Below are positions 37,575 through 47,134 of a stretch of 64,000 nucleotides of DNA, in pieces. How positions within the stretch are numbered: position 1 is the first letter of the stretch; every line of letters begins with the position of its first letter. The position numbers and the translations under genes are program-made. The notes below the pieces were generated by a model, which saw nothing but the letters and a program-made list of their open reading frames with translations, was not told the DNA's origin and ran no database searches. Origin of the DNA: an uncultured Pelagibacteraceae bacterium (GTDB lineage: Bacteria; Pseudomonadota; Alphaproteobacteria; Pelagibacterales; Pelagibacteraceae); NCBI GenBank assembly GCA_902517535.1, contig CABYCK010000001.1, positions 21,317 to 85,316 on the forward strand, written 5' to 3'.

Positions 37575-38576
37575 TTATTTATTTGGATTTACTATAGCTC
37601 TTCCAAAATATTCTCCTTTTAACAGCTTAGGAAAAGTCTCCAAAAGGTCTTTAAAAGATAGCTCTTTCGTTAATGATTGAATTTTGTCAAAATCTATTAA
37701 TTTGTCAGCCTCGTTCCATAAAAATTCTCTTCTTTTTATTGAAGCGCCGGAAGAATCTATTCCCCAAAGTTTAACACCTCTTATGATAAAAGGCATAACT
37801 GAGGTATTTATCTTAATCCCTCCTGCATTACCACAGGCCGCTACTATTCCATTGGGTTTTACTTGAGCAAAAATTTTTGTCAAAGCTGAGCCTCCTACAG
37901 TATCAACTACTCCATCCCAAATTCCTTTTTCTAATAACTTACTTTCACCTTCAAATTCTTTTCTATCAATTATATTTTTCGCTCCTAAATTTTTCAGATA
38001 ATCATTTTTATCTCTTTTTCCGGTAACTGCATGCACATTGTAACCCATTTTTGATAAAATCATTATAGCTATACTTCCAACGCCTCCTGTAGAGCCTGTA
38101 ACCAAAACATCACTAACTTTTTCTCCCAACAATAAATCTTCTCTAGCTTTAATTGCAAATGAGCATTGGAGTGCTGTAAATCCTGCAGTTCCTAACATCA
38201 TGGCTTTTTTATTATCAAGTGAGTCAGGTGTTTTAATTAAAAAATTTGAATCAACTTTTGCATATTGTGAGAAACCACCAAAATAAGCTTCTCCGACTCT
38301 AAATCCTGTTAATATAACTTTGTCATCTTTTTTGAATTTATTATCTTCACTTTCTACTACTTTTCCTGAGAAATCTATTCCAGGAACAAAAGGAAATTTT
38401 CTTACAATTTTTCCTCCATTGTTTAAAATAAGTGCATCTTTATAATTCAAACTTGAATAGTCAATTTTTATTAAAACATTGCCATCTTTTAAATCATTTT
38501 TGTTAATTTCTTTTATATCTCGTGTAAATTTTTCGTTTTGATTGTCTATAATAATTGCTTGAAATTTATCTGACAT
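37575..38576 (-). CDS. acuI: Acrylyl-CoA reductase (YhdH/AcuI family MDR)
   Basis: SSLNYKD, PGIDFSG, GTAGFTA, TGSTGGVGS, PFIIRGV motifs. Confidence 0.8.
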   Translation of the reverse strand: MSDKFQAIIIDNQNEKFTRDIKEINKNDLKDGNVLIKIDYSSLNYKDALILNNGGKIVRKFPFVPGIDFSGKVVESEDNKFKKDDKVILTGFRVGEAYFGGFSQYAKVDSNFLIKTPDSLDNKKAMMLGTAGFTALQCSFAIKAREDLLLGEKVSDVLVTGSTGGVGSIAIMILSKMGYNVHAVTGKRDKNDYLKNLGAKNIIDRKEFEGESKLLEKGIWDGVVDTVGGSALTKIFAQVKPNGIVAACGNAGGIKINTSVMPFIIRGVKLWGIDSSGASIKRREFLWNEADKLIDFDKIQSLTKELSFKDLLETFPKLLKGEYFGRAIVNPNK

Positions 38577-39209
38577 TTATTTTGCTATATATCTTAAATA
38601 TCTATTCTGATAACTAAGATCTTCTTTAAAAGCTCCGAGATAATAATTTGTTACAGTCGTGGCTTTTTCTTTTTTTATGCCTCTCATCGTCATACATTGA
38701 TGAGCTGCATCTATGGTTACAGCTACCCCTTTGGCGTCAAGTGCGGACATTAAAGTTTTGGCTATCTGCATTGTAAGTCTTTCTTGCGTTTGTAATCTTT
38801 TTGAAAAAACTTCTACTGTTCTAGCAAGTTTACTTAAACCAACAACTTTTTTATTCGGGATATAAGCAATATGGGCAACTCCTATAATTGGAGCCATATG
38901 GTGTTCACAATGACTTTCTAAAGTTATATTTTTTTCTACTACCATATCATCATAGCCCTCTACATCTCCAAAAGTTTTAAGTAAATCTGCACTAGCATCT
39001 TGATGGTAACCTTTGAAATATTCTTTAAAAGCTTTAACTACTCTTTTTGGAGTTTCCAATAAGCCCTCTCTGTTTGGATTTTCTCCTATCCAGGTTAAAA
39101 TAGTCTTAAACGCTTCTTCAGCCTGTTTATCTGTAACTTCAGGTTTTTTCGAGCTTGATTTATCAATGTCTTTAACTAATTTCATACAGCGATCATTTTT
39201 ATAGGACAT
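38577..39209 (-). CDS. folE: GTP cyclohydrolase I
   Basis: ETPKRV, CEHH, GLSKLAR, RLQTQERL, HQCMTMRG motifs. Confidence 0.95.
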   Translation of the reverse strand: MSYKNDRCMKLVKDIDKSSSKKPEVTDKQAEEAFKTILTWIGENPNREGLLETPKRVVKAFKEYFKGYHQDASADLLKTFGDVEGYDDMVVEKNITLESHCEHHMAPIIGVAHIAYIPNKKVVGLSKLARTVEVFSKRLQTQERLTMQIAKTLMSALDAKGVAVTIDAAHQCMTMRGIKKEKATTVTNYYLGAFKEDLSYQNRYLRYIAK

Positions 39210-39260
39210 ATTTCATTAATGCAAATTGCTATTTTGTCTTTTTTTCACTATTTTACGCCC

Positions 39261-39728
39261 ATGTTTAAAAAAAGAGAGAGCATTTTTGAGATAGAAGAGG
39301 GTAAATTTCTTTCACCTAAATTTGATGAGAAAGGACTTATACCTGTAACTACAACTGACCATAAATCAGGTGAAGTTTTAATGCACGGTTATATGAACCA
39401 AGAAGCATTAAAATTAACTATTGAAAAAAAAGAAGCTTGTTATTGGAGTAGATCAAGAAAGGCTCTATGGCATAAAGGAAAAACAAGTGGTTTTGTACAA
39501 AAAGTTGTAGACATAAGAATTGATGATGATCAAGATGCCTTATGGTTAACAGTGGACATTGGTGACGGAGCTAGTTGCCACGTAGGTTATAAATCATGTT
39601 TTTATAGGTCAATTCCATTGGGACAAATAGATAATTCTGAAAAGATAAAACTTGAATTTAAAGAAAAAGAAAAAAAATTTGATCCAGAAAAAGTATACAA
39701 AGGTCAACCTAATCCAACTAAATTGTAA
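39261..39728 (+). CDS. hisI: Phosphoribosyl-AMP cyclohydrolase
   Basis: YWSRSR..LWHKGKTSG, DDDQD, CHVGYKSCF motifs; start reassigned to ATG 39261. Confidence 0.92.
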   Translation: MFKKRESIFEIEEGKFLSPKFDEKGLIPVTTTDHKSGEVLMHGYMNQEALKLTIEKKEACYWSRSRKALWHKGKTSGFVQKVVDIRIDDDQDALWLTVDIGDGASCHVGYKSCFYRSIPLGQIDNSEKIKLEFKEKEKKFDPEKVYKGQPNPTKL

Positions 39729-39737
39729 ATATTAAAA

Positions 39738-40115
39738 GTGAATAAGAATAAACAAAAAAATGTATTTGGAGAAAATTTAGAGCCTTGCTCAAATAAACCG
39801 TTAACTGGCTGGTTAAGAGATGGTTGTTGTAACACCGATAAAAATGATCGAGGAGTTCATACAGTTTGCGCAAAAGTTACCAACGAATTTTTAATATGGT
39901 CAAAGAAAGTTGGAAATGATCTAATTACACCTCATCCGGAGTTTGGGTTTCCAGGATTAAAAGAAGGTGATAGTTGGTGTTTGTGTGCTACTTGGTATGC
40001 TAGAGCTTTAGAAGAAAATGTAGCATGTTCTATTTACTTAAAAAAAACAAATATAAAAACTTTAGAATTAATCCCTATTGAAAAACTTAAAAAATTTGCT
40101 TTAGATCTTTCTTAA
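39738..40115 (+). CDS. DUF2237 family protein
   Basis: 'TGWLRDGCC', 'GNDLITP', 'FPGLKEGDSWCLCA' motifs. Confidence 0.85.
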   Translation: MNKNKQKNVFGENLEPCSNKPLTGWLRDGCCNTDKNDRGVHTVCAKVTNEFLIWSKKVGNDLITPHPEFGFPGLKEGDSWCLCATWYARALEENVACSIYLKKTNIKTLELIPIEKLKKFALDLS

Positions 40116-40594
40116 TAAACTTTAACACCTCGAGTTTTAATAATTAGTTCTAGTTCTTCATACTCTTCACAATTACAATTTTTTAGAACATCTAATCTTT
40201 CATTGGCTTTGTCAATTCGATTGGTTTGGACATACAGCTCACCAAGATATTCATTGATACCATTATGATCAGGCTTAAGCATTAAGCCTGTTAAGTAAAA
40301 CTTTTCAGCTTGTTCAAAATTACCGATTTTTCTAGATGTATAACCCATATAATTCAGAATATCTGGATTCTTTTTGTCTGATGAATATGCTTTTTCCAAT
40401 TTTTTAAAAGCCTGAGAATAAAGTTTTTTGGCTTTATCATTTTTTTCTTTTTTTTCTAACTTACCAGCTTGTTTAACTAATTTTTTTGCATCATCATAAT
40501 AGTTTGACTTACTTTCCTCTGAGCTATCACTGCCTGCAGAATATGCATATTGAGAAATTAAACTTATTAGAATTATATAAACTATTTTTTTCAT
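40112..40594 (-). CDS. Exported TPR-repeat protein
   Basis: Signal peptide from ATG 40594; TPR-like 'NYMGYTSRK' and 'EYLGELY'. Confidence 0.8.
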   Translation of the reverse strand: MKKIVYIILISLISQYAYSAGSDSSEESKSNYYDDAKKLVKQAGKLEKKEKNDKAKKLYSQAFKKLEKAYSSDKKNPDILNYMGYTSRKIGNFEQAEKFYLTGLMLKPDHNGINEYLGELYVQTNRIDKANERLDVLKNCNCEEYEELELIIKTRGVKVY

Positions 40595-40596
40595 AA

Positions 40597-41307
40597 CTAT
40601 GTTAAAGAAGATCTCCCCCCGTCTACACCTAAAATTTGTCCAGTTATCCATGAACTATTATCACTTAATAAAAAATTTGCAACCGACGCAGAGTCACTTC
40701 CCTCCCCTACTCTTTTTAGTGGGTGCATTTTTGCTATGCTCTCTGCCATCTTCTCATTTTTTAAAATAAAATTTGCTATTTTAGATTTTGATATACTTGG
40801 AGCTATACAATTAACCCTTATGTTTGGAGCCAATTCAGCAGCTAATGATAAGGTCAATCCCTCAATTGCACCTTTTGCAGATGATACTATGCTGTGATTA
40901 GTAAAACCTCTCCTGACTGCCACAGTGGAAAATAACACTATTGAACCTTTGTTTTGTTTTAAACTATTTAAAGCACGTCTAATAATTTCTGTTGCTGATA
41001 TCAAATTAAGATTAAATGACTGCATGTAATCACTTTTTTTTGTCATTTTGATTGGTTTTAAATCTATTGAGCCAACACAGTACGCTAAACCATTTATCGG
41101 AGTTTCTCCTAGATCATTAAAAATCTTATCAGAAAAATTCTCCTCCAAAACATCGCAAGTTGTAAAAGTAGAATTCAGCTCTGAAGCAAGCTCAGATAAA
41201 CTTGACTCATCTCTACCAACTAAATGTACTTCACCACCGTCGGCTATTACTTTTTTTGCTAAAGATGATCCAATTGAGCCAGTAGCCCCTAAAATTAATT
41301 TTTTCAT
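40597..41307 (-). CDS. Atypical SDR oxidoreductase
   Basis: GATGSIG, RVNCIAP, ITGQILGVDGG; catalytic YxxxK replaced by VSSAK. Confidence 0.85.
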   Translation of the reverse strand: MKKLILGATGSIGSSLAKKVIADGGEVHLVGRDESSLSELASELNSTFTTCDVLEENFSDKIFNDLGETPINGLAYCVGSIDLKPIKMTKKSDYMQSFNLNLISATEIIRRALNSLKQNKGSIVLFSTVAVRRGFTNHSIVSSAKGAIEGLTLSLAAELAPNIRVNCIAPSISKSKIANFILKNEKMAESIAKMHPLKRVGEGSDSASVANFLLSDNSSWITGQILGVDGGRSSLT

Positions 41308-41392
41308 TATGTTTATTTAACACTATTTTTTGAAATGAATAGGCAAATAATGACGCGTTTATTTTCTCTAAAAGATATATAATTTAGGATAT

Positions 41393-42874
41393 ATGAGGCT
41401 TTTTATTATTCTAGGAAACCAGCTGTTTAATCCAAACTATTTAAAAGACTTTAAAGATCATGTTTTTTATATGGCCGAAGATTACGATCTTTGTACATAT
41501 GAAAAACATCATAAGCTTAAAATATTACTTTTTTTGTCATCCATGAGATCGTTTAGAGATGAGCTAAAATCAAAAAAATTTAAAATAATTTATGAAGATA
41601 TAGATTCAAAGTTTAAAATTTCTTACGGAAAAAAATTAGAAAAAGTAATAAGGGACAAAAAAATTAAAGAAGTAAGTTTTTTTGAAGTTGAAGATAAGCC
41701 ATTTGAAAAAAAAATTATTACGCTACTTAAAAAGATGAATATAAAAGTAAATCAAATTAAAACTCCAATGTTTTTGACAACAAGGAAAGAATTTAAGGAA
41801 TATCTCTCTAAATACAAAAAGCCATTTATGGCTAATTTTTATAAATCAATGAGAACAAAATTAAATATTTTAGTGAATAGTGATGGAAAACCAAAAGGCA
41901 ATAAATGGAGTTTTGATGAAGATAATCGTAAAAAACTACCTAAGGATATCAAAATACCAGAAATACCTAAACTCAAATTTACAAATCATACCAATCAGTT
42001 GAAAAAATTTATTGAGTTAAATTTTAAAAATCATCCTGGAAGTACAGAAAACTTTTGGTTTCCTACAACCAGATTAGATGCTCAAAAACAACTTGATCGT
42101 TTTCTTAAAGAAAGAATTAAATTGTTTGGTGACTATGAAGATGCTGTTAGTTATAAATCGAATACAATGTTCCATAGTGCTTTGAGTCCATTAATAAATT
42201 TAGGACTTTTAACACCAGAGGAAATTTTGATTAAATTAAATAAGATAGAAAATAAAGTCCCAATAAATTCTTTTGAAGGTTACGTGAGACAAATTATTGG
42301 CTGGAGAGAATTCATGAGAGGTATCTATCAAAATTTTGACTCTCAAATGAATAAATCAAATTTTTTTAACCACAAACGAACAATGAAGAAATCTTGGTAT
42401 AATGGTAATACTGGTTTAGATCCACTTGATTTTTCAATTAAAAATGCTGAACGCTTTGGATGGTCTCATCATATAGAAAGGTTAATGATTCTCTCCAATA
42501 TTATGAATCTTTGTGAAATTCATCCAAAACAAGTTTATAAATGGTTCATGGAAATGTTTGTCGATTCATCTGACTGGGTAATGTCACCAAATGTTTATGG
42601 AATGGGTCTATTTAGTGACGGAGGAATATTTGCGACTAAGCCTTATATTTGTGGCTCTAGCTATTTTTTAAAAATGATGCATTTTAAAAAAGGACCTTGG
42701 TGTGATGTTATGGATGGACTTTATTGGAAATTTATAGATAAAAATAAAAAATTCTTTTTAAAAAATCCCAGACTAGCAATGATGGTAAGGGTTTCAGAAA
42801 AAATGAACAAAGATAGAAAAATAAGAATTTTTAAAGCTGCAAACAGTTTTATAAAAGAAAATACAAATGGTTAA
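41393..42874 (+). CDS. Bacterial (6-4) photolyase / PhrB-like cryptochrome-photolyase family protein
   Basis: ILGNQL, HKLKI, WSFDEDNR, RQIIGWREF, HHIERLM, DWVM.PNV.GM, KPY motifs. Confidence 0.88.
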   Translation: MRLFIILGNQLFNPNYLKDFKDHVFYMAEDYDLCTYEKHHKLKILLFLSSMRSFRDELKSKKFKIIYEDIDSKFKISYGKKLEKVIRDKKIKEVSFFEVEDKPFEKKIITLLKKMNIKVNQIKTPMFLTTRKEFKEYLSKYKKPFMANFYKSMRTKLNILVNSDGKPKGNKWSFDEDNRKKLPKDIKIPEIPKLKFTNHTNQLKKFIELNFKNHPGSTENFWFPTTRLDAQKQLDRFLKERIKLFGDYEDAVSYKSNTMFHSALSPLINLGLLTPEEILIKLNKIENKVPINSFEGYVRQIIGWREFMRGIYQNFDSQMNKSNFFNHKRTMKKSWYNGNTGLDPLDFSIKNAERFGWSHHIERLMILSNIMNLCEIHPKQVYKWFMEMFVDSSDWVMSPNVYGMGLFSDGGIFATKPYICGSSYFLKMMHFKKGPWCDVMDGLYWKFIDKNKKFFLKNPRLAMMVRVSEKMNKDRKIRIFKAANSFIKENTNG

Positions 42875-43226
42875 AGTTTTTTTTAACAATTCATGTAATA
42901 TTTGTAGAGCTGAGATTAGCCATTACAAAAAGCACAGTGATGAAAAAGTTGAATGGATAGATGTTACTAATAACGAGGAAGCTCAAAGAATTACATCAAA
43001 ATCATATAAAGAACTTTTAAGAAGAATGCATGTTATACAAGATGGTAAAATAATTGATGGAGCAGAGTCTTTTTTAATAATTTGGAAAAATGTACCTAAA
43101 TACAATTTTTTATATAAAATTTTTAAGATCAAAGCTTTATTTTTTTTGTTGAATATTTTTTACGAAATTGCGGCTTATATACTTTTTATAAAGAATAAAC
43201 ATCTGTTAAATAATGAAAAAAACTAA
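42867..43226 (+). CDS. DCC1-like (DUF393) thiol-disulfide oxidoreductase family protein
   Basis: N-terminal 'FFNNSCNIC' (DxxCxxC variant) and 'RRMHV'. Confidence 0.8.
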   Translation: MVKVFFNNSCNICRAEISHYKKHSDEKVEWIDVTNNEEAQRITSKSYKELLRRMHVIQDGKIIDGAESFLIIWKNVPKYNFLYKIFKIKALFFLLNIFYEIAAYILFIKNKHLLNNEKN

Positions 43227-43347
43227 TTTACCTAAAAAGAATTGTCCAGTTTGTAGTAAGCCTTTCTCTTGGAGAAAAAAATGGAGATTAAATTGGGAAA
43301 AAGTAAAATACTGTTCTAAGAAATGCTCTAGGGCTAATTTAATTTAA
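43213..43347 (+). CDS. DUF2256 family Cys-rich microprotein (44 aa)
   Basis: Not in ORF track; [44 protein letters not shown]. Confidence 0.85.
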   Translation: MKKTNLPKKNCPVCSKPFSWRKKWRLNWEKVKYCSKKCSRANLI

Positions 43348-44473
43348 AAGTTGACAATATTATAGGTATATTTGACTTAAAATTAAAATACCCTTTATTT
43401 GAAAATTTCCAGCAAAATTCGTCTTCTTTTCGCATAATATAATTTAAATCTAGATTTTCTTTTTTTACTAACATTTTTAAAAATGAAAAATTTTCACCAA
43501 TAGAGGGATATATGACATCAAATGATTTAGAGGTTTTAGAAAAGTTTGTAAAACTCTTTCCATCTAAAAATTCAGCCTTGTTTTTAATTTCATTTAATCG
43601 TGATTTGATGACATTTTTTTTATAATCCATTACTTTTGTAGATAATTGAATTGATCTATTTTCGTTGCCCAACAAAACAAAATAAATTTTTTTATATTTT
43701 TCATGGTCAAGGAAATCATCATACATTTCATTTTCAAAAATAATTAAATGATCATTTGAGACCTCGTTATTTCTAATTGGAGCTATAGAAATTTTATATT
43801 CTCTTTTATCTATAATTGGTAACGCAGTCTCATTTAACTTTACATTTTTATACTTATTGTTTGTAAATTTACTTATATTCCATGATTGAGCTAAATAATT
43901 TTTACCTTTTGTTTGTATTCCTGCAACCCACCGCCAACTTAAAGTATTTGAAGCTGCATCTCCGTCATATAAATGTTTCATAAAAAATTCTGCTCCCTTT
44001 TGCCAAGGTAATCCTAGAGTAAATATCCAAATACTTGCAAACAACATTCTAGTATGGTTATGAAGGTAATTAAAATTTTTTAGTTCGTTTACCCAATCAT
44101 TAAAACATTCAATTTCGGTTTCACTATTTACTGCTTTTAAATAATTTTCATCTTCTTTAATTGTCTTAAGATCTTCTATAAAATCAATCCAGACTTTTGG
44201 TCTTAGTTCAAGCCAGCCTTTCCAGTAAACCCTCCAAAATATTTCTTGAATAAATTTATCTACTTTTTGAAAAGGATATTTTTTTAAAACAAGTTTAGTG
44301 GTTTCATATTCTGTAATTAATCTGTGAGTAATATAAGGTGATAAGCAAGAAACATTGCTTCTGTTAGTAACACCAAAATCAAAATTCCTTTTAGCATTAT
44401 ATTTTGAAATATCACTTTCTAAATATTTATTAAGTTTATCTAAAGCTTCTGATCTAGAGGTTATAAACTGCAT
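43334..44473 (-). CDS. Short photolyase with N-terminal FAD-binding domain (NewPHL-like)
   Basis: Begins with the catalytic region ([45 protein letters not shown]); no N-terminal antenna domain. Confidence 0.8.
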   Translation of the reverse strand: MQFITSRSEALDKLNKYLESDISKYNAKRNFDFGVTNRSNVSCLSPYITHRLITEYETTKLVLKKYPFQKVDKFIQEIFWRVYWKGWLELRPKVWIDFIEDLKTIKEDENYLKAVNSETEIECFNDWVNELKNFNYLHNHTRMLFASIWIFTLGLPWQKGAEFFMKHLYDGDAASNTLSWRWVAGIQTKGKNYLAQSWNISKFTNNKYKNVKLNETALPIIDKREYKISIAPIRNNEVSNDHLIIFENEMYDDFLDHEKYKKIYFVLLGNENRSIQLSTKVMDYKKNVIKSRLNEIKNKAEFLDGKSFTNFSKTSKSFDVIYPSIGENFSFLKMLVKKENLDLNYIMRKEDEFCWKFSNKGYFNFKSNIPIILSTFKLN

Positions 44474-44673
44474 TAATCTTCGTCATCCCTCCAATCATCA
44501 ATATATAATTTCCAACAAGCAAAAGTTACACAAATTATCCCGACAGAAAAACCTAGAAGCACTCCATTTTCTCTACCTAAATAAATTGAGCCGTAGTGAG
44601 CACTAAGAATTGGTGGAAAAACCAAAATGCATCCTACGATTATATAACGATATATGAAGGGTGGTCTTTTCAA
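44473..44673 (-). CDS. Small 2-TM membrane protein
   Basis: 66 aa, translationally coupled to both neighbours. Confidence 0.6.
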   Translation of the reverse strand: MKRPPFIYRYIIVGCILVFPPILSAHYGSIYLGRENGVLLGFSVGIICVTFACWKLYIDDWRDDED

Positions 44674-45137
44674 ATTGTGTTTCCTTGATCAAATGGTTGG
44701 GACACGGCAGATGTAAACCAACAATTTTTACAATTGTCATCGCTGCCTTTCTGGACATGCCATTCATAAATAAATAGTTTTTTATTTTCTGATAAAATTT
44801 CAATTCTATAAACATAAGTGTTAGGACTATTAGTAATTAATTTAATCTTATGTGAGGAGTGATTAATAAGGTGTTTATATTGTTGCCCATAAATCATAAT
44901 TCTAAATCTAGCAAAAGGTCCTGTGGCTTTCTTATTATCTGGATGGGCAAACAACCATGTTTGTCTAATTCCTTGATCTTTTTGATCGTTATTTTTCAAT
45001 GCTTCAAGTTGAATTTTTACAACATCATAAGGATCTAATTTCTTATTTGGTTTAATAAGTTCTGCGCTATAAGAGCCCGTAAACAGAAAAATTATTAATA
45101 ATTGACTTAATAATGCTTTTAATAATATTTTTTTCAC
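44670..45137 (-). CDS. DUF4864-like exported protein
   Basis: 'P.DVVKIQLEALK...FAHP.N...GP..RF..M' pattern. Confidence 0.65.
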   Translation of the reverse strand: MKKILLKALLSQLLIIFLFTGSYSAELIKPNKKLDPYDVVKIQLEALKNNDQKDQGIRQTWLFAHPDNKKATGPFARFRIMIYGQQYKHLINHSSHKIKLITNSPNTYVYRIEILSENKKLFIYEWHVQKGSDDNCKNCWFTSAVSQPFDQGNTI

Positions 45138-45188
45138 AAGTTAATATTAAAATAGATCTAATATTTTAAAAGGTGTATCTTGTCCTAT

Positions 45189-45320
45189 ATGGAAGATGTT
45201 TTTGACGATATTTGCGAAGAATGCAACCAAGAAGATGAAAGTGTTAAAACAAATCTAATAATTACTGGGTATAAAATTTGTGACAGTTGTAAATTATCAA
45301 AGAATATATTTCCTGTTTAA
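45189..45320 (+). CDS. 43-aa CxxC-x18-CxxC zinc-finger-like microprotein
   Basis: Not in ORF track; MEDVFDDICEECNQEDESVKTNLIITGYKICDSCKLSKNIFPV; AAGGTG upstream. Confidence 0.6.
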   Translation: MEDVFDDICEECNQEDESVKTNLIITGYKICDSCKLSKNIFPV

Positions 45321-45838
45321 ATGCCTTTAAACAAAATTATTACTAGTAATAGAAAAAACGCTTGAAATAGCCAAGCAACAATTACTACTCCAAAAGCTTT
45401 CCATAAGCTCTCATAGTCTAATGCGGATTTCACTGCGACTACCATACAAGCCAACATCCAAAAAGCAGAGCCAATGAATGTTACTGTCATTAAGTCTGGA
45501 GTAACACCAAAAACTCTAATTAAACCAGGTGCACTTGAAAATCCAATAGTTCTTAAAAGTTCTCCATGATTACTTCGAGTCGATGGGCTTCCAAATAGTT
45601 TTACACCAACGAAATAAATTACGTAAGCCCACACATACCAACTCAACAAAGAAAGAATTGGTGCAATTAAAAAATTTGATGCTCCAAGTTGTAATGCACC
45701 TACTCCAGCAGCTAAACTTGATAAAACAACTACTATTCCAGCTTGGACAGTTGCTGATTTATCTTTTTCAACTTCCTCATAAAGATCTATATCAATTTTG
45801 ATAGCTCTATATATCCTGTTTATAAATTTATTTATCAT
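45317..45838 (-). CDS. YIP1 family membrane protein
   Basis: 'YEEVEKD', 'ELLRTIGFSSAPG', multi-TM. Confidence 0.75.
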   Translation of the reverse strand: MINKFINRIYRAIKIDIDLYEEVEKDKSATVQAGIVVVLSSLAAGVGALQLGASNFLIAPILSLLSWYVWAYVIYFVGVKLFGSPSTRSNHGELLRTIGFSSAPGLIRVFGVTPDLMTVTFIGSAFWMLACMVVAVKSALDYESLWKAFGVVIVAWLFQAFFLLLVIILFKGI

Positions 45839-46632
45839 TTTATATTTTTTATAATAGGATTGATTATTTTTAATATCTTCCTATGAAGTTTCTTATTGGA
45901 AGTTGCCAATATATTTCCACCTTCCTCAGCTGAATTATTTTTCCAAGTTGATATACACCCACCAGAATTTTTGATAATAGGTATTAATGGCACAATATCA
46001 TATGACTTTAAATTTGACTCAATTACAACATCTATTTTTCCTTCTGCTAACAAGCAATAACTCAGTGCGTCATAGCTAACATTTCTAAACATTTTTCCAA
46101 AGGTTTTAGTTAGTTTAATCTTTTTTCTCAAATGATTTCCATGAAAATTACTAATAATTTTTATTTTTTTTAAATCATAATTATTGGAAGATTTTAAAAT
46201 AATTTTTTTTTCATTTTTATACAAGTAAGTATTTTTTTTATCGTTTAGATAGTATCTATTAAGTTCAGGAAAATTTGCTAAACCAATAATTGATTTTTCT
46301 TTGTAAGTTAATCCAATTAAATTTGACCATGTTGGAACTCCAATAACAAAAGCTTTAGTTCCGTCTATTGGGTCAATTGACCATTTAAAATTGTTCATTG
46401 AATTTTTATCTTTAAATTCTTCTCCAGTAATTGCATCTTTTGAAAAAGATTTACTAATTAAAGATCTTATAAATTTTTCAAAAGATTTATCGAAATTAGT
46501 GACTGGATTGTATTTTTTTTTATCTTTAGATTTATCACTAATAATTATAGCTGATTTTAACTTTTTAAAATAAAAACTATTAAGTTTTTTTGGTAAATTT
46601 TTCAAAAAAATAAATGGTTTTATTAATTCCAT
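45835..46632 (-). CDS. Inositol monophosphatase family protein, probable histidinol-phosphatase (HisN-like)
   Basis: PVT..D, GEE, WSIDPIDGTKAF..G.P.W, YDIVPLIPII motifs. Confidence 0.8.
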   Translation of the reverse strand: MELIKPFIFLKNLPKKLNSFYFKKLKSAIIISDKSKDKKKYNPVTNFDKSFEKFIRSLISKSFSKDAITGEEFKDKNSMNNFKWSIDPIDGTKAFVIGVPTWSNLIGLTYKEKSIIGLANFPELNRYYLNDKKNTYLYKNEKKIILKSSNNYDLKKIKIISNFHGNHLRKKIKLTKTFGKMFRNVSYDALSYCLLAEGKIDVVIESNLKSYDIVPLIPIIKNSGGCISTWKNNSAEEGGNILATSNKKLHRKILKIINPIIKNIK

Positions 46633-46666
46633 AACTGTATATAACCCAACTGGAGAGAAAACACAT

Positions 46667-47134
46667 ATGAAAATACCAAAAAAATATAACCCGATTATCT
46701 CTGGATTTGCAGCAGCAATTACGATATCTGTTCTAGCGTATTTAACTTTAGAAACATCAGCGGGTATTTGGTTAATGTTTTCATTTGGTGCTACCGTTTT
46801 TTTAGTTTTTGTTTTATATGAACTGGATACCGCACAACCAAAAAATATATTTTTTGGTCACTTAATCTCTATACTTGTAGGAATTATCTTTAATGAAACT
46901 ATAGGAATTTCATTTTACTCTTTAGGTCTGTCTGTTGGAGTTGCAATAATTTTAATGGTTTATTTCAAAGTTATGCATCCACCGGCTGCTTCTAATCCTT
47001 TGGTAGCCTTATCTATGGATTTGTCGTTTGATTATGTTTTATTCCCAGTGATTACTGGCTCGCTAGTTATTATAATTATGGCTTTGTTAATTAATAAAAT
47101 TATTTTAAAAAGAAATTATCCTAAAAAAATTTAA
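46667..47134 (+). CDS. HPP family membrane protein
   Basis: SFGAT, AQPKN..GH and HPP motifs. Confidence 0.88.
   Translation: MKIPKKYNPIISGFAAAITISVLAYLTLETSAGIWLMFSFGATVFLVFVLYELDTAQPKNIFFGHLISILVGIIFNETIGISFYSLGLSVGVAIILMVYFKVMHPPAASNPLVALSMDLSFDYVLFPVITGSLVIIIMALLINKIILKRNYPKKI

Noticed and set aside
44603-44815. 70-aa ORF overlapping the DUF4864-like gene
   Set aside because: Alternative frame lying across two better-supported coupled genes
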